DNA of 64,000 bases from Octopus vulgaris (GCA_951406725.2 OX597835.1:45136001-45200000), one strand, 5' to 3'; positions 13,047 through 24,275 are shown, numbered from the stretch's first letter. Notes: generated by a model not told the origin, from the letters alone. Numbers and translations: made by a program.

Positions 13047-14423
13047 TTATATCAGTGGTTCGGTTTTCTCTTGTTCTTCTAACTCTTTTTCTGGGCCTCG
13101 TGGGGGAGTCTGACGTAGGCCCTCGAATATATGTGGAGATGTCACATCCAATCTAAGTGGGCCTACGTCATGGAAGAATTCTGACTTTATCCGCCCGTAA
13201 TCCTTCCGGCCTATTCTGTAAATTACAAAGTCGTTTTTTTTCACTACTTTCTCCACTTTGGCCATGGCTGCCAACACGTTTCCGAGTCTGCTATTTGCTG
13301 CCTTTACGGCCATATACGAGTTCATTGACTCTCTTTTCTTTTTTAAAATTACTCTGGGAGGGGTGGTTTCCGTTTTTCTTTTTTTTTTTCCGGTAATTTT
13401 TGCCCACCCCTCCTCATTTATCTTTTCCTCGCTCTTTTTTTCCTCCGCCGCTGGTTCTGCTGTCACCGTCACCTCCACACCTTCAGTCTTCCCTTCTGGG
13501 CCGTCCGACGCTGCTTCTGGTGACACATTATCTTCTTTTTCTCTTGGCTTAGGTGCTTCCTGCGGTTTGGGTTGGGGTTGGCATTCCGCCCTTACATGAC
13601 CCTTCTTGCCGCAGCCGAAGCACCTCGGCTTCCTGCCCTCCACGAAAACTGTTATTTTCTCGTCTTCACTAATCTTTACCGTTTCTGGAATTTCTTCCAG
13701 TGTTTGCACCTCCGCCTGAATGGCTATCACTATTTTCTGCCCTTTCCAAAACTCCTCTTCCTCCACTGTGGCCTGGAGGATGTTTATTTTTTCCTCCAGG
13801 CCTACCATCACTGCTGCCACCAGACATTCTGCATCTGCCTCTGGCGGTATGTTGTTCATTGAAATTTTCGACGTCCTTTTTCCTTTATACAATGGTAGTA
13901 AGACAATGTTTTCTGCTTTGATCGGCTCCATCGATAGTTTTTTCGCTATCTCCTCCGTAGTAAAACGCACCTCCACTGTGCCGTATCTTTTTCCTCTGTT
14001 TATATACGTTATTTTATCCATTAAAGGTTTTAGACAAAACTCTATTTTTTTTTCTTCGATTTTTTGGATCATTTTTGTCGTTGTGTCGTAAGTTTTATAT
14101 ATTATTCTTTTTTTTTCTATATCGTCATGTTTTTGTATGTTTGTGGCCACAGTCACTTCTGTGCCCTCTTTTTTTACACAGTCTGCAAATTTTTCCAAAT
14201 TTTCTACATTTATTTTTTAATCTTTTTCCCAGCCACTTCAGCGAATTTTTTCGCTGGAGTTGATGCTGGTACTGGTTTTTCCATTTTCTTGGGCGACGCC
14301 GCCTCTTTTTTCTTCGGCGACAACGCCTCTTTTTCTTGGCGACAACGCCTCTTTTTTTCTTGGCGACAACGCCGGGTATTCATCCTCGCTCGTCACGGGC
14401 GAATAAGAGATGGGGGACTCCAT
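13047..14423 (-). CDS. ORF1 of element B: nucleic-acid-binding protein with CCHC zinc knuckle (N-terminus frameshifted)
   Basis: CFGCGKKGHVRAEC knuckle; open from 14198 to 13047. Probable ATG at 14423 (MESPISYSP), joined through frameshifts in A-runs. Confidence 0.85.
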
Positions 14424-14636
14424 CTTGAACAAATGGCTTTAACAAGCCTTTGGTAAATCCAAATTAATTGTAGTTTTCCCCCACGGAGGGGGGAACACCA
14501 ACGCGAAATCTTCGCGCGAAGGCTGACTTCGTCAGTTAGACAACAATAGACAAAACAGGTAGACCAACAGTATATAATAACAGAGATAATAGTACGAGAG
14601 CAAAAATATATCAACTTACTAATAAATGCAAAAAAT

Positions 14637-14652
14637 TGCTTTCCTCCATGTG
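14637..14652. repeat. Target-site duplication copy 2, shared by elements A and B
   Basis: TGCTTTCCTCCATGTG matches 9386-9400 over 15 bp and 16421-16433 over 13 bp. Confidence 0.9.
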
Positions 14653-16420
14653 ATTTTATTACTACCCACAAGGGGCGAACATAGAGGGGACAATACAATC
14701 GGGGAACTTAAAATAAGAAAGCGAAATGACAAGAAAAGGAAAAATAAAAGTAAAAATGATAAATGAAAGAATATTTACAATGAGATGCAAATGCCCACTC
14801 GATCCCCGGAATCGAGAGGTTACATTTTCGTCACATATAGTTCACAATTTTTTTTTCTTTTTTCTCTTCTTTCTTCTCTCTCCTCTCACAATCTCACACG
14901 TATTCCATAATACCTTTCAAGTCTCTAAAGTCAATCACTGAGCCCTCAGGCAGCCGCTCTTTCATTCGAACACCCGTGTAAAAAATTACACTCTCTCCAG
15001 CTGCTCTGAGGAACTCAGCGACTCTTTCTTCGGGGATCAGAGCAGTCTCCTGCCACTGATCAGTCATCCTGTTGACCCACACATGTCCCTCCGTACTACA
15101 TGTCAATTCCTTCATTTCGGGGCTGAAATGGAAGGTTATTAACTTGTAGTAATCTTGTTTCCGTCCTACGTTTTCCTTCGTTTTTCTTTTCGGGCTTATT
15201 TCTTCCTTGTTCTCCTCTCTTTGTTTCTCTCTTTCTCTCTTTTTGCCTTCTTTTCTTTCTTCTTCCTTCTCTTGTCTTTTTGGTTCTTTGTCTGTTCTCT
15301 CTTTCTCTCGTGTTTTATGTTCCTTTTCTTTTTCTTTTTGTGTGCCGTCTTTTCTTTTCGTTTGGTTCTGATCTCTCTCTTGTTTTTTTCCTGTTGTTTC
15401 TTTTTCCTTTTTCTTTTCCTGACTCTGTTTTGGTTCTATTTCTTTCTTTTCTTTTATTTCTTTTTCCTTCGTTGACTTATTATTTCCTTTCTCTTGTTGT
15501 TTTGTCTCCTTTTCTATGTTTTCTTTTTCATTTACCGTATTCTTCTTTTCTTCAATTTCCTTCTCATACTCCGCTATGAATTCGTATAACGGGCACTCTT
15601 TTTTAATGTGCCCCCTTGTCCCGCACAAGTAGCAGTTTGGCTTTCTTCCCTCTACAATTACACTGAGGGTTTTCTCGTCTTCGATTTCTATTCTATAGGG
15701 GAACCTTTCAATGTCCTCTTTTGTGGCCATCAAACACAGTTCTACCCCATATCCTCTCCAATTTACTGCGTTGGACTCCTTAAAGGATTCCACCTCCACT
15801 TCCTCTTCTGCTGCTCCTAGAATAGCTGTTGCCAGCCATTCTGTTTTTACTTCTGGGGGTATATTCGGGATTTTAACCCGGACCCCTCTTCTTCCCTTGT
15901 ATGAGGGCCACATTATAAATGTTTCCGCTCTTAGTACAGTGGTAGCCAGTGAGGCTGCAATTTCTTCCGTTGCACATCTCACCTCCACCGTACCAAATTT
16001 TTTTCCTCTACTCACGTAGGTCGATTTATCCATTATGTCTCCCAGACATTTTTCGATCTCTGCTATCTCCACTCTTGCCAGTTTCTTTGTACTTTTGTCC
16101 TGGGTTCTATACGTTACAGTTTTGTTTTCTTTGTCCTCTTTTGCTTTCGCGGGGGGATTAGCTTCACGCTATCACCCTCCCTTTTGAATAGCTTTTCGTA
16201 TTCTTTGAGTTTACTCTTCTCAAAGAAAACATCCTTCACGATTATCGAGTAATCATTATTTTCTTTCCCGTGACCCCCGCGTAAGTCGCCATGACTAGAG
16301 GGTCAATTCACCTTCTTCGGAAGGTTTCCAAACGTGGAGGCAAACGCCTCGCGCGATATTAATCACTTTACACAACAAAATTTCAACGTCTAATCACAGA
16401 TAACAACACACGTGGGTAAA
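14653..16420 (-). mobile_element. ORF1-only non-autonomous Tx1 relative (element A, HAL1-like), ~1.77 kb
   Basis: Own 5'UTR, ORF1, ~240-nt 3'UTR ending in the same tail as B, 13-bp TSD; no ORF2 remnant. Confidence 0.88.
14894..16292 (-). CDS. ORF1 of element A with CCHC zinc knuckle and K/E-rich linker
   Basis: CYLCGTRGHIKKEC knuckle; RGKKFGTVEVR, NIPPE and VEGRKP shared with B ORF1. Probable ATG at 16292 (MATYAGVTG) with two N-terminal frameshifts. Confidence 0.85.
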
Positions 16421-16500
16421 TTTCCTCCATGTGTTCAAATCTTCTTTTTTCTCTACATTGTATACTTTATAGACAATAGTCTTTTCTTTAATTTAATTTT
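16421..16500 (-). pseudogene. TSD copy 3 plus the upstream half of relic ORF1 C
   Basis: IKEKTIVYKVYNVEKK/RRFEHMEE aligns with B IEKKRIIYKTYDTTTKMIQKIEE and continues into 9385 once the inserts are removed. Confidence 0.8.
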
Positions 16501-16782
16501 TTATTATCCATCTGGACTATTCCATTTCTGCACGCTAATTTTATTTTTAATTTATTCCTATTCATGTGAAACCACTTATTCAAGTTCAAGTCATTGATGC
16601 AATTTTATACCAATTGCTATTTTTACTTTTGTTATGTTACGATTATATTATACTTTAGTTTGATTTTAATTATTTCTTATTACATATAATTCAATTAATA
16701 TTATTATTTGTATTGTTAAAGTGAAAGTATCTGACATAAAATAAAGAAATGTTTTTGTTTCACTTTTAACACGTAATACTGA

Positions 16783-17068
16783 AATAGTGGAGAAGATATG
16801 ATATTGCTATGGGCTCGCTCTAGGCAAGAAGTTGAACATTTTTTTTGCCCAAAAACTACATGGACCGTAAGTAAGGCATGTGTAAAATTTGAATGAAATT
16901 GGTTGTGTATTTCTCAAGTTTTAAGGAATCGTAGTGGAGAAGATATGCTATTACTGTGGGCTCGCCCTAGGCAAAAAGTTAAACATTTTTGCCGATGACA
17001 CTCCCCGGACCCTAAGTAAGGCATGTGTAAAATTTGAATGAAATTGGTTGTGTAGTTCTCAAGTTTTA
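16783..17068. repeat. Two ~148-bp tandem units inside the Helitron 5' region
   Basis: TAGTGGAGAAGATATG...TAAGTAAGGCATGTGTAAAATTTGAATGAAATTGGTTGTGTA...CTCAAGTTTTA occurs twice. Confidence 0.9.
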
Positions 17069-18189
17069 GGGAAACACACAGACAGACAGACAGACACGCA
17101 TTCTCAGTTTTTATATATATATATAATATAGGATAAACTTGTGTCTCAAGATGTGCTGGAGAATTTTCAATTTGGGTATATTTGGGGTACTTAGGTGTGC
17201 TCATGACTTAGTGCTTGCTTCTTCCATGGGTATGAGTAAGTATTTAATTTATTTCTTACGCATTTATCGTTGACGAGGAGAAAATTCTTATGAATTAACG
17301 CTGAAATTGGGACCGATACGATAATAACGGAATTTGTTAGAAATTTCTGTCGGCTTACTTCGAGACGCGTATATATAGCGATAAATTATATGGTTATTGA
17401 CAATTTGTCTATTTTTGGCATTAGAATTTTTTCTTTTGCCTTTGTTTATAAGTTGTTTATATATATATATATATATATATATAGGGAGGGAGAGACAGCA
17501 GTTGTAGTATGGAAGAGGTATACGCGCGTCACTGCATCCACCATCAGTTGGTGATTTTCTGCTCCTGGTAGATGACAACTTTTCCGTACTCGGGCAACAA
17601 TAATCTAACTGATAGCAGTGTTTGGGCAGTTTTGCCCCCCGAGGGTCTTACTGGGTCAGAGTACAAATTCTACCTCACCATCTGTTGTAGAACAGGTAGA
17701 GGGAACGTTCAGTGTATTCTTTGATATACCCGACCCCACACAGCAGAAAAGCCTCCGACCCAATATATGCATTGATATGTATTAACCACAATATTTATAA
17801 GAATGCAAAGACATTTCTACCTCGATTATTGAAACATTATAATTTATATAATTAGAAACTTACACGTCATCAATCAAAAATCAACTTCAACTGCGAACAC
17901 ATTCACAGCAGAGCATGCACAATCGTAAACAGCGGCGTGCAAAATCGGTTTTATATGTGTGCTCAGGTGTGAAAATCTGAGTAAAGCAATATTATGCACG
18001 TAAGGTATTACCTTACAAGTATTTACTTACAAAAATCTCTGCGCGTGTCAGCATGACTGTGTGTGTCCGCATCAGAAAGAACGAATTGAATATGCCGAGA
18101 GTGATTACAATTTTGGAAACGTAAATACACCAGCAAAACGTATCTCAAGTGAATGCAGACAAAGACAATTGACTGAAGAATAATGATAT

Positions 18190-18272
18190 AGAAGAAGAAG
18201 AAGAAGAAGAAGAAGAAGAAGAAGAAGAAGAAGAAGAAGAAGAAGAAGAAGAAGAAGAAGAAGAAGAAGAAA
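18190..18272 (+). repeat. (GAA)n microsatellite
   Basis: Read directly. Confidence 0.97.
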
Positions 18273-18509
18273 AAAAGCCATTCACATGGGAAACGTTTTA
18301 CGAAAAATGAACGAAAAGGAAACAAAAATAAAGATACATTTTCAATTTCCAATTAAATTACATACGTTAGCATGTATGCGTATAGGAGTATAAATATAAA
18401 CACATATATAGCTTATACACACATAACATGTATAACTATATATACATACATCCACACACACTCACACAAACGCATACATACGCATATATATACATATATA
18501 TACATATAT

Positions 18510-18559
<50 letters not shown>

Positions 18560-18568
18560 ATGCATACA

Positions 18569-18618
<50 letters not shown>

Positions 18619-18972
18619 TATTTAGATGCATGGACAGTTATATATGTGCGTATGAGTTAATGTTAATTATTTCACTACTTGCACTGATGCCAAGCAGTAT
18701 CTTGAGAAAATATGAACGGAAATTTGATGCCAATCTTATTATCAATAGAACGTATAATTGGGTGTGTTGTGTTTTCAAAGAATAATTGAGAAATATAGCT
18801 TGAAACAGTTAAACATAAATACACAAAGTTATTGTTAGCTAAAATTTTGATTGCGTCAAAAAGCTCATTAATACCTCGAAAGTGTGGAGTAGGCGTGCAT
18901 GGGAATGTATTTCTGCATTTGTATATATATGCACAATCATATGTGTGCATGTATTTATGTATGCGTATGTGT

Positions 18973-19005
<33 letters not shown>

Positions 19006-19434
19006 CATAGATGCATATATGGAGTGGTTCATACATGCACATACTCCCACACACACACACACGCTCATATATACACGCACGTAAGCACATACACACATAT
19101 ACTCTCAGCTATGCATATATACTCGTGTGTATGCGTCCGGTTGTATATTTGTACTTATATATATGTAGAGGTAATTCATATTACATAGAGGAGAGATATG
19201 TGTTTAATTTGAAATTAAAATTTTGGATGAGTTTTCTGGATGTTTCAGCATATAATACGCTGTTATTTTGAATGCTATGTGTGGTATAAATTCTTGAATA
19301 TTCATCTGTCCATGTATGTATTATATGTAATTAAATATGTGTGTATTTATGATTTTAATGAGTATAAGAATGTTACTTATTGGAAATCTATCAAATGCGA
19401 GCTCATTCCTGCGTAGATGTGTGTATATAATATA

Positions 19435-19478
<44 letters not shown>

Positions 19479-19555
19479 TATATATATATATATAGAGAGA
19501 GAGTAATATACTTACGTATAGGGTCAAAAAGTGGGTACGTAGCCGCCATGTATAT

Positions 19556-19769
19556 ATGTAAAAGTAAAAAAAATATACAAACTGGGACAAGAACGTGAAA
19601 CATTTAGAAGACGACACAAAAAAAAAGATTAATCAGCCGAAATTGCGAAGATGATCCGGTTCTTGACTGATGATTGAGGGCTTCGAATGTCCCGTCCGTG
19701 TTTTTTTTGTGTCGTCTTCTAAATGTTTCACGTTCTTGTCCCAGTTTGTATATTTTTTTACTTTTACAT
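19556..19769. repeat. Inverted-repeat element with ~70-bp near-perfect arms (probably a Penelope-type inverted end)
   Basis: ATGTAAAAGTAAAAAAATATACAAACTGGGACAAGAACGTGAAACATTTAGAAGACGACACAAAA and its inverse; a related single arm lies at ~50875-51010. Confidence 0.7.
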
Positions 19770-20251
19770 TTATATATATATATATATACCTGCTTGCATC
19801 AGCTAATCTATGTTGTGTTTCGTATTCACATGAAGCATAATTTCTTACTTCATATGTATTTTCAATCACGCATGCACCGTTGTTTGTTTTTTTTTTTTTT
19901 TTGTTATATACAAGTCCTCCAGATTTTCCCCAAACCTTCATTACCATATAAAAATATAGTTCTAATCAATAATTTTTTGTCTCATTGCAAATGAAAATAA
20001 ATTGTACAACCGTGTACAGAATGCAATTGATAACACCAAGTAATTTTTTTCTTATGGCGGGATGGGCGAGCAGAAGTGTTATTGAGAACCTTTAAAAATT
20101 TTAATGGCGATGGTGATTATGTTGTTGGTACTTGTTGTTGCGTTTTGTGCTTCGTGTATCTTCGTGACTTTTCTCTGTCATTGGCCGTGAAAGGGATAAT
20201 AATCCCTCAACTAAATATTAACGGGAAATATGTTTAACGTATATTACATAC

Positions 20252-20580
20252 ACGTGAGGGCGCGTGGCTTAGTGGTTAGGGCATTCGGCTCATGATCGTA
20301 AGGTTGTGAGTTCGATTCCCGGCGACGCGTTGTGTCCTTGAGCAAGACACTTTATTTCACGTTGCTCCAGTCCACTCAGCTGGCAAAAATGAGTTGTACT
20401 TGTATTTCAAAGGGTCAGCCTTGTCACTCTCTGTGTCACGGTGATTATCCCCGAGAACTACGTTAAGGGTACACGTGTCTGTGGAATGCTCAGCCATTTG
20501 CACGTTAATTTCACGAGCAAGCTGTTCCGTTGATCGTATCAGCTGGGACCCTCGTCGTCGTAACCGGCGGAGTCTTTTTT
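20252..20580 (+). mobile_element. tRNA-derived SINE with V/CORE-like domain, full length
   Basis: A box TGGCTTAGTGG, B box GTTCGATTCC, TGTGTCCTTGAGCAAGACACTT domain, and 12-bp TSD TATATTACATAC (20240-20251 and 20581-20592). Confidence 0.9.
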
Positions 20581-22058
20581 TATATTACATACTGATATTG
20601 CTATCATGCAATAATTAGAAGCAGACGAAACTCAATACGTATCTAAGCTATTCGATATAGTTAACTGCATTCAAAGCAGTTGGTAAAATTAATTCCAATT
20701 TCATTCCAATTTCCAAGAATTTTCCATGTGAACATTTACGTGACATTGTTTATTGATCAACCAACGTTGTGTTCCACTGATAAGGCGAATTATATCGAAG
20801 TTTCTAAATCGTTAACTAAACAAAACACACAAGCACAATGCACGTATACGCACAGACACACACATACGCCACACACACACACATACACACACACTCGTAC
20901 ACACATTACATATAAACAGATATATACATGCACCCACATGTAGATGCCTTTATATACACATTGGCGAACATACTTCAACAAGATCGCAAATTCTGCATCT
21001 CAAAGTTATGCCTGAAAGCTATATAATTTAAGATCTTCAACGAGTGGTACTCTAATGATGGTAGTCTAATGAGGGTACTCTAAGGATGAGGAAGGCTTCT
21101 GTTAAACATTCATTTCGGATTCGAATCCCGGTTGTCACAACCTCAATATTTTGCGATTGTTTCTCTGGATGCATTTTCTGACAGAGCAAGTCTATAATGA
21201 AAGGCCTTCCAGCTCTTACAAATCTGTTTCTTATTCAGATTTACATACTATATTATGCAATATATTCTTTGCATTCATTTTGTCATAGAATAAGCAGTGA
21301 GTTGATGTGTCATAGCTTCTATTTCAAGTAGATCAAGTGACCGTTCGGTTTCCCTTTGTAAAGTCCCTATCTTAATGTTGATGGTGGTACCACAACATGA
21401 GCAAATAAAGTAGAATATAATCAATGAAATAAGAAGAAGCTTATATTTAGGCCTAAAGTTTATCGAAAATGTTGAACTCTTTATACCAAACTCTGTGAAA
21501 TTTCACAATCTTGCTGATACAATGTTGAGAAAGGTTCCGTCAACAATTTCTGCAATAATTATTAGTTAATATTCATGCTATATCTTCAACAATCTTTGGT
21601 CAATATCTCAATGAATTAAGCAGTGCATTGCTTTAAGAACATCTCTATTGATAATATATTATAAAGAATTTTGATTATATAAAGCTTGCATTCAGTTTAA
21701 TTATTTAGTTGATTGTTTTATGCATAATAGCTAGTTATCCTGCTCTTAAATAACTCCTCATCCATAAACTAGTTCAGCAACAAGCAGCTACTTACGTTCC
21801 TGTCTGTTTAACATTGTTACTGCTTCCGATATGGATCGATGATGCATAAATCAAATAAAACAGGAATGAAAAGAGAAACAATACTCATAATTTGCTTTAA
21901 CTAGAGACGGAAGTTTCCTGCACATTGAAGATAGATTTGGGAAATGGAGGACTGAGTTATCTTTCATAAATTTCATACAGAATAGTAGTAATTAAGCTGG
22001 ACTCTTAATTTAACCACATCATTTGGATTAAACGAATACAAAATTTATTTTAACCCAG

Positions 22059-22112
22059 CACAAACCGAAAGAATATGAAGTGGAATCAAATTGGGGAAAA
22101 TCGCACGCCAAG
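22059..22112 (+). other. Candidate 54-nt host exon (HKPKEYEVESNWGKSHAK in phase 0)
   Basis: TTTATTTTAACCCAG acceptor, AAG|GTAAGA donor, open frame, non-repetitive context. No homology support. Confidence 0.3.
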
Positions 22113-24207
22113 GTAAGAGATTACATACATTGTTGTCAGTAAAATTCAGAGATCATTCAGAATCAGCCAATGGTGGTAGATTCGACCTGGTGGTAGATAG
22201 AAATTCTCCTTTCCCATAAGATGTAAAGGTTTGAAGTTTAAATAAGATTAAATGAATAAGGTCATATAAAACACGGGAACTGGCAATATAGAAAGGAAAA
22301 TTCCTCCAAAAAATTTTTGCGAAAAATTATTAAAAAACTGCTCGTTAAATTCTAGAAAAAAGGTAACAGTACCTTATACTACTGTAGTTAAGTTCATGTA
22401 AACAATTGGCACATTTTTAATCGCGGGAACCCAAAAGCTGAGGTACACTAGGGTTAGTGTTATGGTTTAGCGTTGGGGCTTCAGGGTTAGTATCAGGGTT
22501 TAGAGTTGAGGTATAGGGTTAATATTAATGTTTAGTGTTAGAGGTGAAGGTTGGGGTTGAGAGTCAATCCTAATAGCGGATAACCTAGGGTTAATCAATT
22601 AGAAATATATTTTTAGTAAAGATTTCTCTAAAATGAATAACATAATCAGATTCAGTGCGAAAAATTGCATCAATATAACACATTTGAAACATTTGACTTA
22701 ATTTTACGTTTTCGAAAACTGGGACAGCAAAACAAGACTGAAAAGTTTCTCTGTCAGATACAATGTCCAAAAACGCGATTCGAAAAAGAAAAAAAGCCTC
22801 AGTGAAATATGTTTTTGAAGACAAAAAAAAAAGAACAAAAAAAAACTGCAAACTGCAGTAATAGTTCAATTCATATTAACAATTGATTCCTTTCCCTTTT
22901 TTTGTAGCGAAAATTCAAAAACGAAAGTTTAGAATATAGGTCCTCGTCAAAGAAGATAGGCTTTAAAAAAATTCAGGTGTAGTACTTTGAAACAGATAAC
23001 ACCTTGGCTTGTTAATATGGAAACAGGAACCAATGTTTCTGTGAATTTCGATTGGCCAAAATTACCCAAATTTTATATATTTTAAAAGCTATTAACTTTT
23101 CATTTGCTAATTTATACCAAAACTCAATTTCAAACTACATCAGGAAACAAATTTATAAAATAATTTGAAGAAAGTTAAAACACAAAAACTGAAAACTGTG
23201 ACAGCAACAGAAAAGGTTTAAAAAAAAGTTTTTACTTGTCATCACGAATACCATGACAATTATCAGTAATTTGTGCCGACTGTATATAAGAAATCTATAA
23301 CATATCACATATATATATCAATATATATCATAGCAACGAAGTTTAAATCTACGTGTGATTAAATTGAAAAAAGACGAATATTAGATTTTGTTTCACCTCA
23401 CCTAGATTTCATACTTCAATGTATGCATTCGAATACACGCGTTAATTTAAACTCCTACTACACAGATGATGGAGTATAAATGCATAGATTATTTAATATA
23501 TGCCTTCATATATCTTTCCTAACTATCTCGTTGTTAAGATACATTTGTCTTCCCTACCACCTTCCACAATAAAATGACACTACATTAAAAAACATTTACT
23601 CGTAATGCCGTGATCAAACCAAACCGAAATAGCGGATTTCTGCGTATATTAAAGTAGTTTCTCATTACAAGTGATTACTCAGGAGTTTAGATTTGGAAAG
23701 GGAAAGAACATTGAATAAAATCTACATTATATATTCCATTGCCAAAACTCAAGTGTTATTCATTATCATAATAAAAATAACTAGCTGGACCCGTGAAAAA
23801 TTCACGGAAAATATAAAAAAATGAAATGTAAGCATTTGTGGATTGAGTGCTGGTGCCATGAGAAAAGTTTCTATATTGCGACAGTTACAGAATATAGAAA
23901 GAAGTGTAAAACCGATAACTATATAATCCAACCAAAATCCAACAAAAAATATCTCAGTTATACAAATGTAAACACAGTTACTGTTTAACCTTAAAATACA
24001 TCGTACATATTCAAAGAACCTTCTTGGTTTAGTGGTACGGAACGTTCTTTTTGTATTCTCTTACTTGTTTGACGGTGGCCATGCTGGAACACCGCCGTTT
24101 AGTTGAAGAAATTGACCCATGGAGTTATTCCCTGCAAGCCTGGTGCTTATTCTATCAGAAGCTAAGTTACCGGAACACAAACACAGACACAAACACGCAC
24201 ACACATA

Positions 24208-24275
<68 letters not shown>

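Larger units (their letters stand above)
9401..14636 (-). mobile_element. Full-length Tx1/L1-clade LINE (element B), ~5.2 kb
   Basis: 5'UTR, CCHC ORF1, APE-RT-zinc finger ORF2, 3'UTR ending AATAATAAAA, flanked by a 15-bp TSD. Confidence 0.93.
8915..17133 (-). mobile_element. Putative non-autonomous Helitron shell enclosing the Tx1 nest (~1.2 kb without the inserts)
   Basis: 5' end A|TCCTATATTATAT...(CTGT)n at 17133. 3' hairpin TATGACCCG...CCGAGTCATA plus CTAG|T at 8915-8946. That the two ends belong to one element is inferred. Confidence 0.55.

Noticed and set aside
9386-14700. LTRs flanking element B
   Set aside because: The ~64-bp direct repeat is explained by the TSD plus the shared 3' tail; there are no TG...CA ends, integrase or protease.
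13157-16161. Plus-strand F/L/S-rich ORFs
   Set aside because: Antisense shadows of the purine-rich ORF1 sequences.
17480-17765. HDV-like ribozyme or coding exon in a GC-richer island
   Set aside because: The nested pseudoknot could not be built, and all frames after the candidate acceptor close quickly.
20256-20330. tRNA genes here and at 45658, 45975 and 50737
   Set aside because: A/B boxes run directly into SINE bodies with tails or TSDs; there is no complete cloverleaf.
22450-22592. Interstitial telomere
   Set aside because: Only scattered, degenerate GGGTTA units; more likely part of an old repeat.
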